Virus record (IMG/VR): IMGVR_UViG_3300044621_002455
DNA from: an uncultured virus (IMG/VR IMGVR_UViG_3300044621_002455)
Taxonomy: Duplodnaviria > Heunggongvirae > Uroviricota > Caudoviricetes
Reading direction: 5' to 3' (one strand)
Length of the DNA stretch: 64,000 nt
Part shown: positions 45,973 through 55,528 of the stretch, piece after piece
Position numbering within the stretch: the stretch's first letter is position 1
How the letters are laid out: each line of letters starts with the position of its first letter
The notes under the pieces: generated by a model
Told to the model about the DNA's origin: nothing
Databases searched by the model: none
The model's input: the letters and a program-made list of their open reading frames with translations, nothing else
Position numbers and translations under genes: made by a program

Positions 45973-46579
45973 TGGTCTTTGTTGCGATTTTCTACCATCT
46001 TAATGATGCGTTTAGCCCATGCCCTCCCCGCATCTCCGCCCCATAGCAGCCAAGCAATATATCCAGCGTCGTTTTCCCCGCCACTTTTGTTCTTCTCATG
46101 ACGAGAGAAGAATGCAGACATACGTTTGATTGTGGCGTAGCTGATCTTGCTGCCGCCAGCCAAATCACCAGCTCTAGCAACGCCACTGCCAATGCCTTGC
46201 TTGCCTGCTTCCTGTGTTGTCAAGCCGCCCTTGCCGTGCTTCTTACGCAGTTCCAAGCCGCGTCGAGCAGCGCTTCTAACTGCAGCAGGAGGGGAGAAAC
46301 TCTCAGCGTCTCCCCTCAGCGCTTTTTTCCGCAGCTCCCATCCATTTCCTCTTCTTCCTCTTCCTCTTCCTCTTCGCCAATCATCTCCTCAAAGAATCCC
46401 ATGTAGTATTCATCGCTCATGTCTTCTTTCGGTTTGCGCGTCATGCCAGCTTCAGACAAGGCAATTGCTAGTGCCTGCTTCGGGCTCTTCACTGCCTCGC
46501 CACTGCTGCTCTTTAGCTTGCCACTTTTGTATTCGCGCATCACCTTGGCAATTTTTGCCTGCTTTTCCTTCTTGGTCAT
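45969..46579 (-). CDS. head-associated protein, short form 46316-46579 and about 203-aa -1 frameshift fusion
   Basis: KIAKVMREYKSGKL.SS...KQALAIALSEAG domain ends at A-AAA-AAG (46322-46328) plus a 9-bp hairpin; the -1 frame continues as RGDAESFSPP..RRGLELR..GVARA..KRM.AFFSRHE. Confidence 0.65.
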
Positions 46580-46606
46580 AGCGCTAAATGCTTTCCTTAA
46601 GCATAA

Positions 46607-47323
46607 TCAATGGATGAATCCTATCGGAGCAGTGGCAATGTTCATGCCAGGGAAAAGCTTGTCACGATACAAAACCATGCCAGTAATGAGACGCTCAGCA
46701 ATAAAGGCCAGCGCTCGCTTGTCGTAGCCTCCAATGCGAAGAAATTGCTCTTCATGCTTATGCCAAATAGGGGCTAGCGCGACAAATAATGCGCTCATAA
46801 ATTGCTTGTATTGAACATTGCCTCCTCTGGCCATATTGCAGCCAATAAAGCTATTTTGCTTCCAAATGGCATCAATTTCTTCGCGAGAAAAAATCCAGCT
46901 TCCAGAATCGGCAAGCTCTCTAGTGATGGCAGGAGCATCAAAAGCAGAATGTCCGCCGTAAAACTGCTGCTCTAACGTGCAGCTAAATAATGCAGGCTCT
47001 GGAAAGTACAACGTATTTTCTTCGTACCATTGGTCTTCTGGTTCCAGCCAGTTGCGCCTGTACTGCGCATTGCCAATGTTATTTTCATTCGCGTTTAGAA
47101 TCATCCAGGAAATACAAGATAATTCTCCCCATCGACTATTCAGCCGCGAAAGGGAAGCATTCTCATCGTCAAATACATAGCCTGCTGAACGGAGCGTTTC
47201 ACGCTCCTCGCTAGACAAAGCATGCGCTCCTCCCATGATGGGAACAATGCGAGAACGCGCTTCATAGCGCACTTTCTCGCTAGGAATGCATACCGCGTAA
47301 ATTGTGCAATCAGACGGCTGCAT
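46607..47323 (-). CDS. DUF4422/GT111-like glycosyltransferase
   Basis: WGELS..WM...IGNAQYRR, GCNM and R.LAFIAERL match the DUF4422 pattern. Confidence 0.6.
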   Translation of the reverse strand: MQPSDCTIYAVCIPSEKVRYEARSRIVPIMGGAHALSSEERETLRSAGYVFDDENASLSRLNSRWGELSCISWMILNANENNIGNAQYRRNWLEPEDQWYEENTLYFPEPALFSCTLEQQFYGGHSAFDAPAITRELADSGSWIFSREEIDAIWKQNSFIGCNMARGGNVQYKQFMSALFVALAPIWHKHEEQFLRIGGYDKRALAFIAERLITGMVLYRDKLFPGMNIATAPIGFIH

Positions 47324-48035
47324 AAACCTTCCTCGCTGCCCATAGTTCGTTGTAATTATTCACGCCTTTGGCGCCAAGACCAGTTAAATCGCCGCCTCCT
47401 GCGGGTTTGCTCCAGGCCATGATCGTACCATCAGGCAAGACAAAGCCCCTATTCTTCTGTCCATACGTGGGAGTGAGTTCTAGATAATCGCCATAAATAA
47501 AATTGGCTTGGCTTCCATTGAAAGCAAGCGCCTTGCCCAATAGCGTTGGACCAGTGGGACACAGTGGCGTGATGCCATAGTATTGCTCTGTGCAATTTGC
47601 CACAATCATTTCAATGGCAGCTTGCAAAGCCTTGTTGTCGGGCTTGGAATAGAGCACAGTCGTGGCGCACGCCCAACTGGTGTAGCTAAAACGCTGGATA
47701 TCTCGGAATGCCAAGAATTCAATGCGATCTCCAAGATCCACTGCATTAAAGGCCCTCACGCCAATATCAAAATACCAGCCACCAAGTTTGTTTAACAAGC
47801 AGAATCGGCCAAGGTCTGCTTTGTAAGAGAATGGAACCAGGCAATCATACGCCCACACCACTTCGTCTCCATAGTTTTCAGCAATAAAAGCACGCAATGA
47901 AACATCGCTGTAAATGACGTGCTCCGCATCAGGAAAACATGCATCAATGGTGCCAGTGGCGTGCTTAAGGAATGGACTAAGCTGCTCCGTTGGATCAGTG
48001 GAAAGAAAAATTTGTGAAATTTGCATGACAATCAA
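47310..48035 (-). CDS. GT32-like (DXD-type) glycosyltransferase
   Basis: YKADLGRFCLL.KLGGWYFD and TGPTLLG. Confidence 0.8.
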   Translation of the reverse strand: MIVMQISQIFLSTDPTEQLSPFLKHATGTIDACFPDAEHVIYSDVSLRAFIAENYGDEVVWAYDCLVPFSYKADLGRFCLLNKLGGWYFDIGVRAFNAVDLGDRIEFLAFRDIQRFSYTSWACATTVLYSKPDNKALQAAIEMIVANCTEQYYGITPLCPTGPTLLGKALAFNGSQANFIYGDYLELTPTYGQKNRGFVLPDGTIMAWSKPAGGGDLTGLGAKGVNNYNELWAARKVYAAV

Positions 48036-49261
48036 GCAATCTTTGCGGGAGTTCCAAAGCCTTTAAATTCAGGCTCTGCAGGCTTAGCAGCAAGCGTTTC
48101 TTTCACTGCATCCTTAAGCTGTTGCTGAATATAAGGCCAGGTAAAAGGCTCCTCATGAAGACGGTTGTAACACCATTGCCCATGTTCCTTGAGAATGTCA
48201 CGATTCTCGTAATAGTAAGTAAGGATGTTCGCTGCGCATTCAGGGTCGGGCAGCATGCGCTCTAAACCATAGTTCCTATCAGTTTCACTGGCATTGCACT
48301 CAATGCGAGGCAGCTCATCAAAGATTTCAGCCAAGCTTGTATGGTCAGGAACCACTTGCGCCACGCCAGTGGCACCATGCTCTGAGTTGACCAGGCCCCA
48401 TCCTTCGCCAATGCAAGTGTTAATGCCAATATCAGCAGCGTTATACACTTGATTAAGTTGTTCAATGGGAAGACAATTGTCCACTGAATAGTGTGGACTG
48501 GTCAAAATAAGCTTGCTGGTCGGGTCAAAGCCTTCGTCACGCGCCACTCGTTTAAACAGCGGAACAAGCTCCCATCCCAAATCCTTACTACCCATATTGA
48601 GCCACAGACGAGCATCGTCTTTATCTTTGGCAAACTTAATAAATGCCTTGATGGTTAAATCAATGCGCTTGCGTGGTTGATTCCTGTTGCCATTGAATAC
48701 GACAAACACATCTTCTGGCACGCCAAGCTTTTTGCGGCATTCTTGCTTGTCGAGAGGAAAGAACTTCGTGAAATCGGTGCCATGGCCAATGATGCGCACG
48801 GGCTTTGTATAGCCCATAAGCTCAAGTTCTTTCTTGGCAAACTCTGTATAAGTAGCCAAGCCGTCCCATTCCATCATGGGAGCAGCAAGATCGGGGAATA
48901 GCCCGTAGGAATCAATGGGCGTGTAAACAAACCATTTGAAACCGAGCTGCTCCTTGAGGGGCTTCGCCTTTTCCCATAGTTGCAATGCAATCCAAATATC
49001 GTTTGTCACCCACACAAGATCGGGCTTAAAAGCTTGAATAACTCCAGCGATGCGATGGGAACCGAATGGATCGGCGCCATGAAGCATGGCTGGATAAACC
49101 GTATAGTTTTTTGCTTCTGGATGTGGGTCTCCATGAAAGTTGACCGCCAAAACCGCCACTTCATGCTCTTCTGCCAGCGCAGGAAGCAAATATTGTGCAA
49201 CGCGACCAAATCCTGTTTCTACAAACGCATCGCCACAGTAAAGAATGCGAGCCATAGCCAT
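48032..49261 (-). CDS. GT4-family (GT-B) glycosyltransferase
   Basis: TGFGRVA, NRNQPRKRIDL, YNAADIGINTCIGEGWGL..SEH. Confidence 0.88.
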   Translation of the reverse strand: MAMARILYCGDAFVETGFGRVAQYLLPALAEEHEVAVLAVNFHGDPHPEAKNYTVYPAMLHGADPFGSHRIAGVIQAFKPDLVWVTNDIWIALQLWEKAKPLKEQLGFKWFVYTPIDSYGLFPDLAAPMMEWDGLATYTEFAKKELELMGYTKPVRIIGHGTDFTKFFPLDKQECRKKLGVPEDVFVVFNGNRNQPRKRIDLTIKAFIKFAKDKDDARLWLNMGSKDLGWELVPLFKRVARDEGFDPTSKLILTSPHYSVDNCLPIEQLNQVYNAADIGINTCIGEGWGLVNSEHGATGVAQVVPDHTSLAEIFDELPRIECNASETDRNYGLERMLPDPECAANILTYYYENRDILKEHGQWCYNRLHEEPFTWPYIQQQLKDAVKETLAAKPAEPEFKGFGTPAKIA

Positions 49262-49316
49262 CCTTGAATCTTCGTCATCTTAAGGGGCTTTTATACTGAC
49301 GGCAAAAGGAGGCTAG

Positions 49317-50012
49317 ATGATTCTTCCAGAGGGTTCAATTCGTTTCTGTATTAGTACGTGCAAGAAGTTTGCTCCGCATACCATTCCCGTCATTATTCCC
49401 AGCTTGCTTGCTGCCGGCTTGAAGCCAGAGGAGATTTTAATTGTCAATGGTGGGCAAACTGTCAGGGCTTTTACCAGCTACAAAGATGTGCCAATGCTGC
49501 TGACGCAGCAAAATTCCTTTGAATACACGCCGCTCATTGAAATTGTTGAGCATTCAATGGAAAGCCAATATTGGTTCCTTTTGCACGATACCTGCATTGC
49601 AGGGCCAACTTTTAGGCAGCTTGCTTACGAACCTCCCGTAGAGGTGCCTGAGAAAGTGGCGATGAAGCATACGCCCTCCATGAGCATCGGCCTTTACCGC
49701 TACGACTACCTCATGGCTCACAAGGAGCGCTTGATGGCCATTAAAAATACAGATAGCTCACCAGGGGCTTTGCAGCAATGGAAGCAGTGGGGAGTGCCAA
49801 ACGAGGATTACATGCTTTGGAAGCTTCAAGACGTACCGTGCCACATTTACCATCCAGACAAACACGGTCCTGACGAATGGAATTATCAAGGACACGCAGA
49901 CCCCTACGGCACTGGCATGCAGCGCCGCATTGAATACTTCCCTCAGTTAGAACTAGCCAAAGCCAAAAGTAATTGGCAAGGCGTACAGCCCCACCTTTGT
50001 ATTGACATCTGA
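49317..50012 (+). CDS. hypothetical GT-A-like protein
   Basis: FCIST...ILIVNGG...NSFEY...WFLLHDT; strong AGGAGG RBS and TATACT -10. Confidence 0.5.
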   Translation: MILPEGSIRFCISTCKKFAPHTIPVIIPSLLAAGLKPEEILIVNGGQTVRAFTSYKDVPMLLTQQNSFEYTPLIEIVEHSMESQYWFLLHDTCIAGPTFRQLAYEPPVEVPEKVAMKHTPSMSIGLYRYDYLMAHKERLMAIKNTDSSPGALQQWKQWGVPNEDYMLWKLQDVPCHIYHPDKHGPDEWNYQGHADPYGTGMQRRIEYFPQLELAKAKSNWQGVQPHLCIDI

Positions 50013-50965
50013 TGAAGCGCATTGCAATTATTGGCGGAGGCTGGGTGGGATGCCATTTAGCAATGGCTTTTCGCGATGAGGCAGAAGTGACGCTGTACGA
50101 AAAGAACCATACGCTCATTTCGGAAACGTCCTTCATCAATCAGAATCGACTGCACTATGGCTATCACTACGCCAGGAATGCCGCCACTCGCCGTTTATGC
50201 GCCACCACTTTTGTGCGATTTATGGAGGACTATGGCGATCTTGTTCATGATGTAGAGAATAATTACTACGCCGTATCAGAAGACGAAAGTCTTCTTGATG
50301 CTGAAACCATTTCAATTCTTTTTGGGAGCGGTCCGCATACTTCGCTGGATCCACAAACTTTTAACCATACATCGCTCTTGCTGAACACCCCCGAGAAGCG
50401 CATTGATGCCATTGGAGCGAGCCTGTATTTTCAATGGTGTCTAGATTCATTGGTTAAAAGGGAAGCGATTCAACGGTCTAGTTTGCAGTCGCTAAAGAAG
50501 GATTACGATTTTATTTTTGACTGTACTAATAATTCCCTCCTGGAGCCATTGCCTTCTCAATTCTTTGAGGCAGTGGCCATGTTTATTTATCGCCCCAAGA
50601 AGCCTCTTCCTTTTGGCGCCCTCACTTACATAGATGGCGAACTGTTCTCCATCTATCCATACAACGACAAATGCTTCTCGTTAAGCCATGTGAAGCATGG
50701 AATTATGCCTAGCAATTCGCTTGATAATGCGGACAATGCGAGGCGCGAGATTGAGCGGCATGTGGAGCGCTACTGGCCTGACTTTGCTGATAGCTTTGAC
50801 TATTTATTCCCAACGCTTTCTATCAAAGCAAAAACTAGAGACAGCAGCGCCAATCGCACGCCATTAATGCGCCAAGAAGGCAATTTGTTTTCCTTCTTTA
50901 CTGGCAAAATCCAAGGCATCTATGCTATTGAGCAAATGGCAAGGCAAATTATTGCTCAACCATAA
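50012..50965 (+). CDS. FAD-dependent oxidoreductase
   Basis: IAIIGGGWVG Rossmann motif, NQNRLHYGYHYAR, GKI near the C-terminus. Confidence 0.85.
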   Translation: MKRIAIIGGGWVGCHLAMAFRDEAEVTLYEKNHTLISETSFINQNRLHYGYHYARNAATRRLCATTFVRFMEDYGDLVHDVENNYYAVSEDESLLDAETISILFGSGPHTSLDPQTFNHTSLLLNTPEKRIDAIGASLYFQWCLDSLVKREAIQRSSLQSLKKDYDFIFDCTNNSLLEPLPSQFFEAVAMFIYRPKKPLPFGALTYIDGELFSIYPYNDKCFSLSHVKHGIMPSNSLDNADNARREIERHVERYWPDFADSFDYLFPTLSIKAKTRDSSANRTPLMRQEGNLFSFFTGKIQGIYAIEQMARQIIAQP

Positions 50966-51699
50966 AGCTGCCTAAATAAAGGATATTCGCGATGATGCTT
51001 AGGGGCGTCAACCAGTTCACGTGTGATGCCATGCTGATATGAGCTTGAATCAAGAAGAAGCTTGATTTGCCTGTGCTCATACTGATTCAGAATGGGGCCG
51101 TTGTCAGTGTCGCTGATATGCACGTGAACAATGAAACGAAAATAATGCTTGATGATCTTCATGGGGCTATCCCCCTGCAGCCAGGCATTGTTCGTATCAA
51201 GCATTGTCTTTACATTGCGTAAGTTGTAGAAGTCAATGTGATTGACAATTTCCTCAACTGTATAAAAATACTTTCCGCCAAATGCCTTAGCAATTGGTTC
51301 AATGCAAAGGATGGCATCGTTCGCTTCCAGGACTGAATCCATGCGCTTGAGCGTTTCCATCAGGCTTGATGGGCTTCCTCTGCGCAATGCAGGACTACCA
51401 AGTACAAAGCGTTTGATGCCCATTAACGAACCTAGCCTCACCACTCGCAACAAATGCTCTTGAGTGGCAGCAACGTCTTCAAAGCTTTGCACTGCACTGT
51501 CATAGAACAATGCCTGAGCTGAATACGCCCAAAGCCCGTAATCTTCTCTATAGCGCTTGGCAATATCGCCAAAGTCTTCATTCCTCGCGAAGATGCGGGA
51601 TGGCACCAACTCAATGAAATTGAAAGCGCCAGCATTGACACTTAAGATTTCATGCTCCTCTTCATCCTTCCAGCCAATAGCACTAATTCCAAGCATCAA
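50956..51699 (-). CDS. sugar phosphate isomerase/epimerase (xylose isomerase-like TIM barrel)
   Basis: ISAIGW, VLGSP..RR, CIEP, MLDT, HVHISD metal ligands. Confidence 0.8.
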   Translation of the reverse strand: MMLGISAIGWKDEEEHEILSVNAGAFNFIELVPSRIFARNEDFGDIAKRYREDYGLWAYSAQALFYDSAVQSFEDVAATQEHLLRVVRLGSLMGIKRFVLGSPALRRGSPSSLMETLKRMDSVLEANDAILCIEPIAKAFGGKYFYTVEEIVNHIDFYNLRNVKTMLDTNNAWLQGDSPMKIIKHYFRFIVHVHISDTDNGPILNQYEHRQIKLLLDSSSYQHGITRELVDAPKHHREYPLFRQLYG

Positions 51700-52408
51700 T
51701 CAAAGCTCCCATCTTCTTCATAGTTTCTTCTTTACTAGCAGAATATGGAGCGTAATTGTATTCAACACGCTTGCCACAATCAACTATTTCCCTTGCCCAT
51801 GGGAACCACTTGTCAATAATCTCTAAGGTTTCAACGGGTTCGGGAAACCACTGATGTTCTTCGCCTTTTCTGCAAGCTTCAGTGTCGGCCCATAAGTCAT
51901 TTAAATCGTACCATTGATAAGACGAATTGGCATTAATCTTCTCCACGTTATTTCTATTGAGAAGATCAAACAGCACGTTCTTTTTAATGCGCCGATGGAA
52001 TAATGCAGGAAGGCGAATGATGGTAATAATTGATTCAGGAAAAGTGCCCCTGACTAACATTTCAAAAATATAACGAACAGAGCCATAGTCAATCCCGTGA
52101 ATTTCAGGGAAGTTTTGCACGTATTTGCAAGTTTGACTGTAAATATCAATGGTGGAATAGAGAATAATTTCCCTCGGTTTCCATAGTCTTATTTTTGTAA
52201 CAACGTGATACATATTGTTGAAATCATCCATGGGGGCTTGGTTTGCCTTCCATTTCTCCGCTGGTAAACAAGCCAGATAAAGCTTGTCAACATCTTCCTT
52301 CAGCAATGGTGCAAGGTGAATGTTCTCAGAATTGAAGCGGCAATCAAACTCGTGATGTTCACGAAGCACGCTGCCGATTAAGCCCGTGCTTCCAACCAAT
52401 ACATCCAT
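51683..52408 (-). CDS. NAD(P)-dependent epimerase/reductase-like protein
   Basis: LVGSTGLIGS, PAEKW.AN, STIDIY, YG..RY.FE, IRLPALF; start at ATG 52408. Confidence 0.75.
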   Translation of the reverse strand: MDVLVGSTGLIGSVLREHHEFDCRFNSENIHLAPLLKEDVDKLYLACLPAEKWKANQAPMDDFNNMYHVVTKIRLWKPREIILYSTIDIYSQTCKYVQNFPEIHGIDYGSVRYIFEMLVRGTFPESIITIIRLPALFHRRIKKNVLFDLLNRNNVEKINANSSYQWYDLNDLWADTEACRKGEEHQWFPEPVETLEIIDKWFPWAREIVDCGKRVEYNYAPYSASKEETMKKMGALIDAWN

Positions 52409-52410
52409 GC

Positions 52411-53094
52411 TCAAACCGCTACGACGGGCGCTTGCTGACGCATGTATTGTACGCGGCATTTGCAATTGCTCATGCAGGCACAGCGTTGCCCTGGCATTGG
52501 CAAACTACCAATAGGCACCGCTCCCCTCGCTGCAAAATTCACGCAATCACTACAGTGCTTTGCCTGTGGGTCCAAGATGCGACGCATCAGACTGTAGCCT
52601 TGTCGTTCTTGACGAATTGCGGAACCCTCCCAGTAAGAACCTCGCACAGCCTGAGAATACATGCCGATACGAGCAAGAGCCATGGGAGCAGAAATGCTCC
52701 CAGCCAGAAGATCGCGAGCAAAACTCTCCAAGTAACGGTATTCCGCACGAAGGCGTTGGCCGATGCGGCCCCATTCTGCAGCTTGCATCGAATCTCGTCC
52801 ACCATTGCCAATGATTGCAGCTTGCGTGTGGGCAAGCTTAAGTGCTTCCCTTACGCTTCGCTGCCATTGATCCAGCGTGATATCGCCGCTACTAAGCATG
52901 TTTGTAAGACGGCGTAACAAAGTACCAAGCTTGTTAATTCGACCATCGACCAAACTCTCAACGGCAGACTGGCTGAGAAATCGCCCGTTAGCTCCGCGAT
53001 AACGGCCACTAACGGGATCGTAGTTCCATGAGGATTGATCCAGGCGAAGCTGAATGGTGGCTGCGAATGTTGAGAGATCATTCAGGCTTTGCAT
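52411..53094 (-). CDS. minor head protein (Mu gpF-like)
   Basis: Adjacent to portal; C-terminal HCSDC...P.PG..CAC.SNCKC. Confidence 0.7.
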   Translation of the reverse strand: MQSLNDLSTFAATIQLRLDQSSWNYDPVSGRYRGANGRFLSQSAVESLVDGRINKLGTLLRRLTNMLSSGDITLDQWQRSVREALKLAHTQAAIIGNGGRDSMQAAEWGRIGQRLRAEYRYLESFARDLLAGSISAPMALARIGMYSQAVRGSYWEGSAIRQERQGYSLMRRILDPQAKHCSDCVNFAARGAVPIGSLPMPGQRCACMSNCKCRVQYMRQQAPVVAV

Positions 53095-54946
53095 CCTCTG
53101 CCTCCAGGATATCCTTGAAACGCTCAGGCGCTTCCTCTTTCCATTGGTTCAATGCAGCGTCAATGTCTTCTGGGTTGATCAAAGAGGCTTCGTCAACGTC
53201 AGAAAGCACAAGACCTTCCACTTTCATTGCCTCCATTGCATCTTGTTTCTTGAAATATTCAGCAGTTTCTTTCTTGCCCTTGAATGCTCCTTCCATTGAA
53301 CCATGCTTGCGCTTGTAAAGAGCCTTGTATTTTTGCGTGACATAAGCCCCAGCAACTGCACTTGGCCACACCTTGAATTTTGCTTTTGCTGCTGCGATGG
53401 CCTGTTGATGCAGCTCCTTGTCCTTGAACTCAGCATCTTCCTTCTCTTCGCGCTTGTGCTCAAGATCACCCGACAGATGAAGCGAAGCTGAGTCTTCTAC
53501 TTCCCTGCTCCCGTCCATGGGAAGCGTGCCATTTTCTTCGTTCATTGGATCGCGGCCACCAGGAGGTACCGCCAGACCACCCCCTTTCTGAGTGGAACCA
53601 CCCCCTCCTTGAGTGGGCAATTCTCGGACGACACTGGGATCGAGCGTAAGTTCCATGCTCCATTCAGAACCGCCGTAGCGGGCGTCTGCCACTTCCTTAG
53701 GACTCAATACTCCCAGTTGGATGTAACGGCCATCTACAGCCGCTACACGCGCCCTCACATCCGCCATCTCGCGCTCATTAAGCTCGAACAATGGATTAAA
53801 AGCAATGCGCCACGACTCAGGCAATTCTCCTTTTGTGGGGCCTTCCTTGCTCAGCATGATGTATTCAAGCAGCTTCTTCATGGGCCGCTTGAAATTGACG
53901 CTTTGATAATCAGCAAGCATCTTGGCAAAGTCACGCTCTTCGCTGCGACCAGTGGAACCAAGACCACTCGGGCTTTCGCCAAACAAAACAGTGTGAGGAA
54001 TCTTGCTGGCGCCAATAATATCAACGCGCAGCTTTTCTAAGATTTCTCCAATGCCACCAAAGTTGCGACTGATAAATTCAAGCTCTTCTTTCTCCGCATC
54101 AATCGCGTAGCCGCGATAAATGCTTTTGCTCATATCATTCACCTGTAGGCGATCACGAATGGAACTTTCTTTGCCAGCAGCAAGCATCGCTGCCAAGCCC
54201 CTCACTTTGTGAACAAAGATGTCAAACTCGGTGAGAAGCGTAGCCGCTGAATTTAATCCCGTCCAATAATGCCTGAAGCTGTCATAAACAGTCTGCAAGC
54301 TGCTCATGCCCCATCCATAGTTCCTTTGCCGAATGCGATAAGGAAGCCAGTCCCCGTCAAAGCGAAGAATCCTATCTTTGTGAATGTAGGACAATTGTGG
54401 CTGGTTAATTAAATCTCCAGAGATGATCTGATAATAAGTGGCTTTTGAATAGTCGTAGAGGTTTTCTTCGTTGATAACGGGAGCAATTTGCCATCTATCC
54501 AAACATTCAATGTCTTCGATGCGACGTATATTACGTTTATCGACAGGCATGTAAGCGGGACGCCCATCGTCAATAAAAAGAAGTAGACAAGCACCCCCAT
54601 AAAGGCGGGAGTTTTTCGCTGCGAGGTTGAGATGTTCAAGGATGTATAGGTCTTCAATTACTTGTTCAATGCCTTGTACTTCCTCGGCCCTAACGCCCTC
54701 TCCGCCAAACAATACTTTGAAGCCTTTTCGCGTGGCTTGGTCAGCATAGATGTCAACAATACGACGAGGGAGCCATTCACCATAAAGATTTTCTAGTTCT
54801 TCTTGAGCCAAGAAAACAGTGGCCGTAGTTTTAGTATATTGCGCCTTGTCACGGCCAGTGCCCATGCCAATGAGCACGTTCTGAAGACCATCAGCCCTTA
54901 CGCCGCCGCTTCCGGCGTGACCAAGATCAACTGCTTCGTTTTCCAT
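53078..54946 (-). CDS. portal protein (DUF1073 family) with C-terminal extension
   Basis: LY..WL.RRIVD..A..ATRKG, RLYGG, IH..R...F.G, IP.T.LFGESP.GL.STG..E, F.PL.EL.E.E.A. Confidence 0.88.
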   Translation of the reverse strand: MENEAVDLGHAGSGGVRADGLQNVLIGMGTGRDKAQYTKTTATVFLAQEELENLYGEWLPRRIVDIYADQATRKGFKVLFGGEGVRAEEVQGIEQVIEDLYILEHLNLAAKNSRLYGGACLLLFIDDGRPAYMPVDKRNIRRIEDIECLDRWQIAPVINEENLYDYSKATYYQIISGDLINQPQLSYIHKDRILRFDGDWLPYRIRQRNYGWGMSSLQTVYDSFRHYWTGLNSAATLLTEFDIFVHKVRGLAAMLAAGKESSIRDRLQVNDMSKSIYRGYAIDAEKEELEFISRNFGGIGEILEKLRVDIIGASKIPHTVLFGESPSGLGSTGRSEERDFAKMLADYQSVNFKRPMKKLLEYIMLSKEGPTKGELPESWRIAFNPLFELNEREMADVRARVAAVDGRYIQLGVLSPKEVADARYGGSEWSMELTLDPSVVRELPTQGGGGSTQKGGGLAVPPGGRDPMNEENGTLPMDGSREVEDSASLHLSGDLEHKREEKEDAEFKDKELHQQAIAAAKAKFKVWPSAVAGAYVTQKYKALYKRKHGSMEGAFKGKKETAEYFKKQDAMEAMKVEGLVLSDVDEASLINPEDIDAALNQWKEEAPERFKDILEAEDAKPE

Positions 54947-55012
54947 AAGCTTTATTTATGGCCATGATGTGTTGCTTTTATTCTAGAACCTGGCTACATT
55001 GGCACGTAGCTT

Positions 55013-55528
55013 ATGCGCACTATGGCCAGCTTTGGCATCGTTTTCCATTTCAGCGAGGAAGACAAGGAGCTTGTACGGTCAGAAGCCGTACGCAGGCAGC
55101 GTTTCAACGAGGAAAAAGGCCTAAAAGGACGCAATGGAGGGCCGGAACAGGGGGAGAAAGCTCTTTTTATTCACAAGCTTGGTGCTGCTGGCGAACTGGC
55201 AGTGGCAGATTTTCTTAATCTTCGTCAGTTTCTCTATCAAGAAACAGAAGCAAAACGAGGATCTTGCGATCTTCCGCCAGACATCGACGTGAAAACCCGT
55301 TCTCGTCATGACTACGATCTCATCTGCCAATTAGACGAGAAGCCTGGAAAAACCTTAGTGTTGGTTACGATACAGAACAAAATCACTCTTCTCCATGGTT
55401 GGATGAAAAGTGAAGATGCAATGCAGGAACAATGGAAAAAAGATCCTGCTCGCGGAAGACCAGCTTATTTCGTTCCACAATCTGCTTTGTTTCCTCTCAT
55501 AGACCTACGCCATGCTGAAATGTTCTGA
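55013..55528 (+). CDS. hypothetical PD-(D/E)XK-like protein
   Basis: GAAGELAVA...DL...IDVKTR...L.GW motif; overlaps the TerL start. Confidence 0.55.
   Translation: MRTMASFGIVFHFSEEDKELVRSEAVRRQRFNEEKGLKGRNGGPEQGEKALFIHKLGAAGELAVADFLNLRQFLYQETEAKRGSCDLPPDIDVKTRSRHDYDLICQLDEKPGKTLVLVTIQNKITLLHGWMKSEDAMQEQWKKDPARGRPAYFVPQSALFPLIDLRHAEMF

Noticed and set aside
53078..54946. Anti-CBASS Acb1 label sometimes given to this family
   Set aside because: Size, motifs and position beside the minor head gene and terminase indicate a portal; no 2H phosphoesterase motifs noticed
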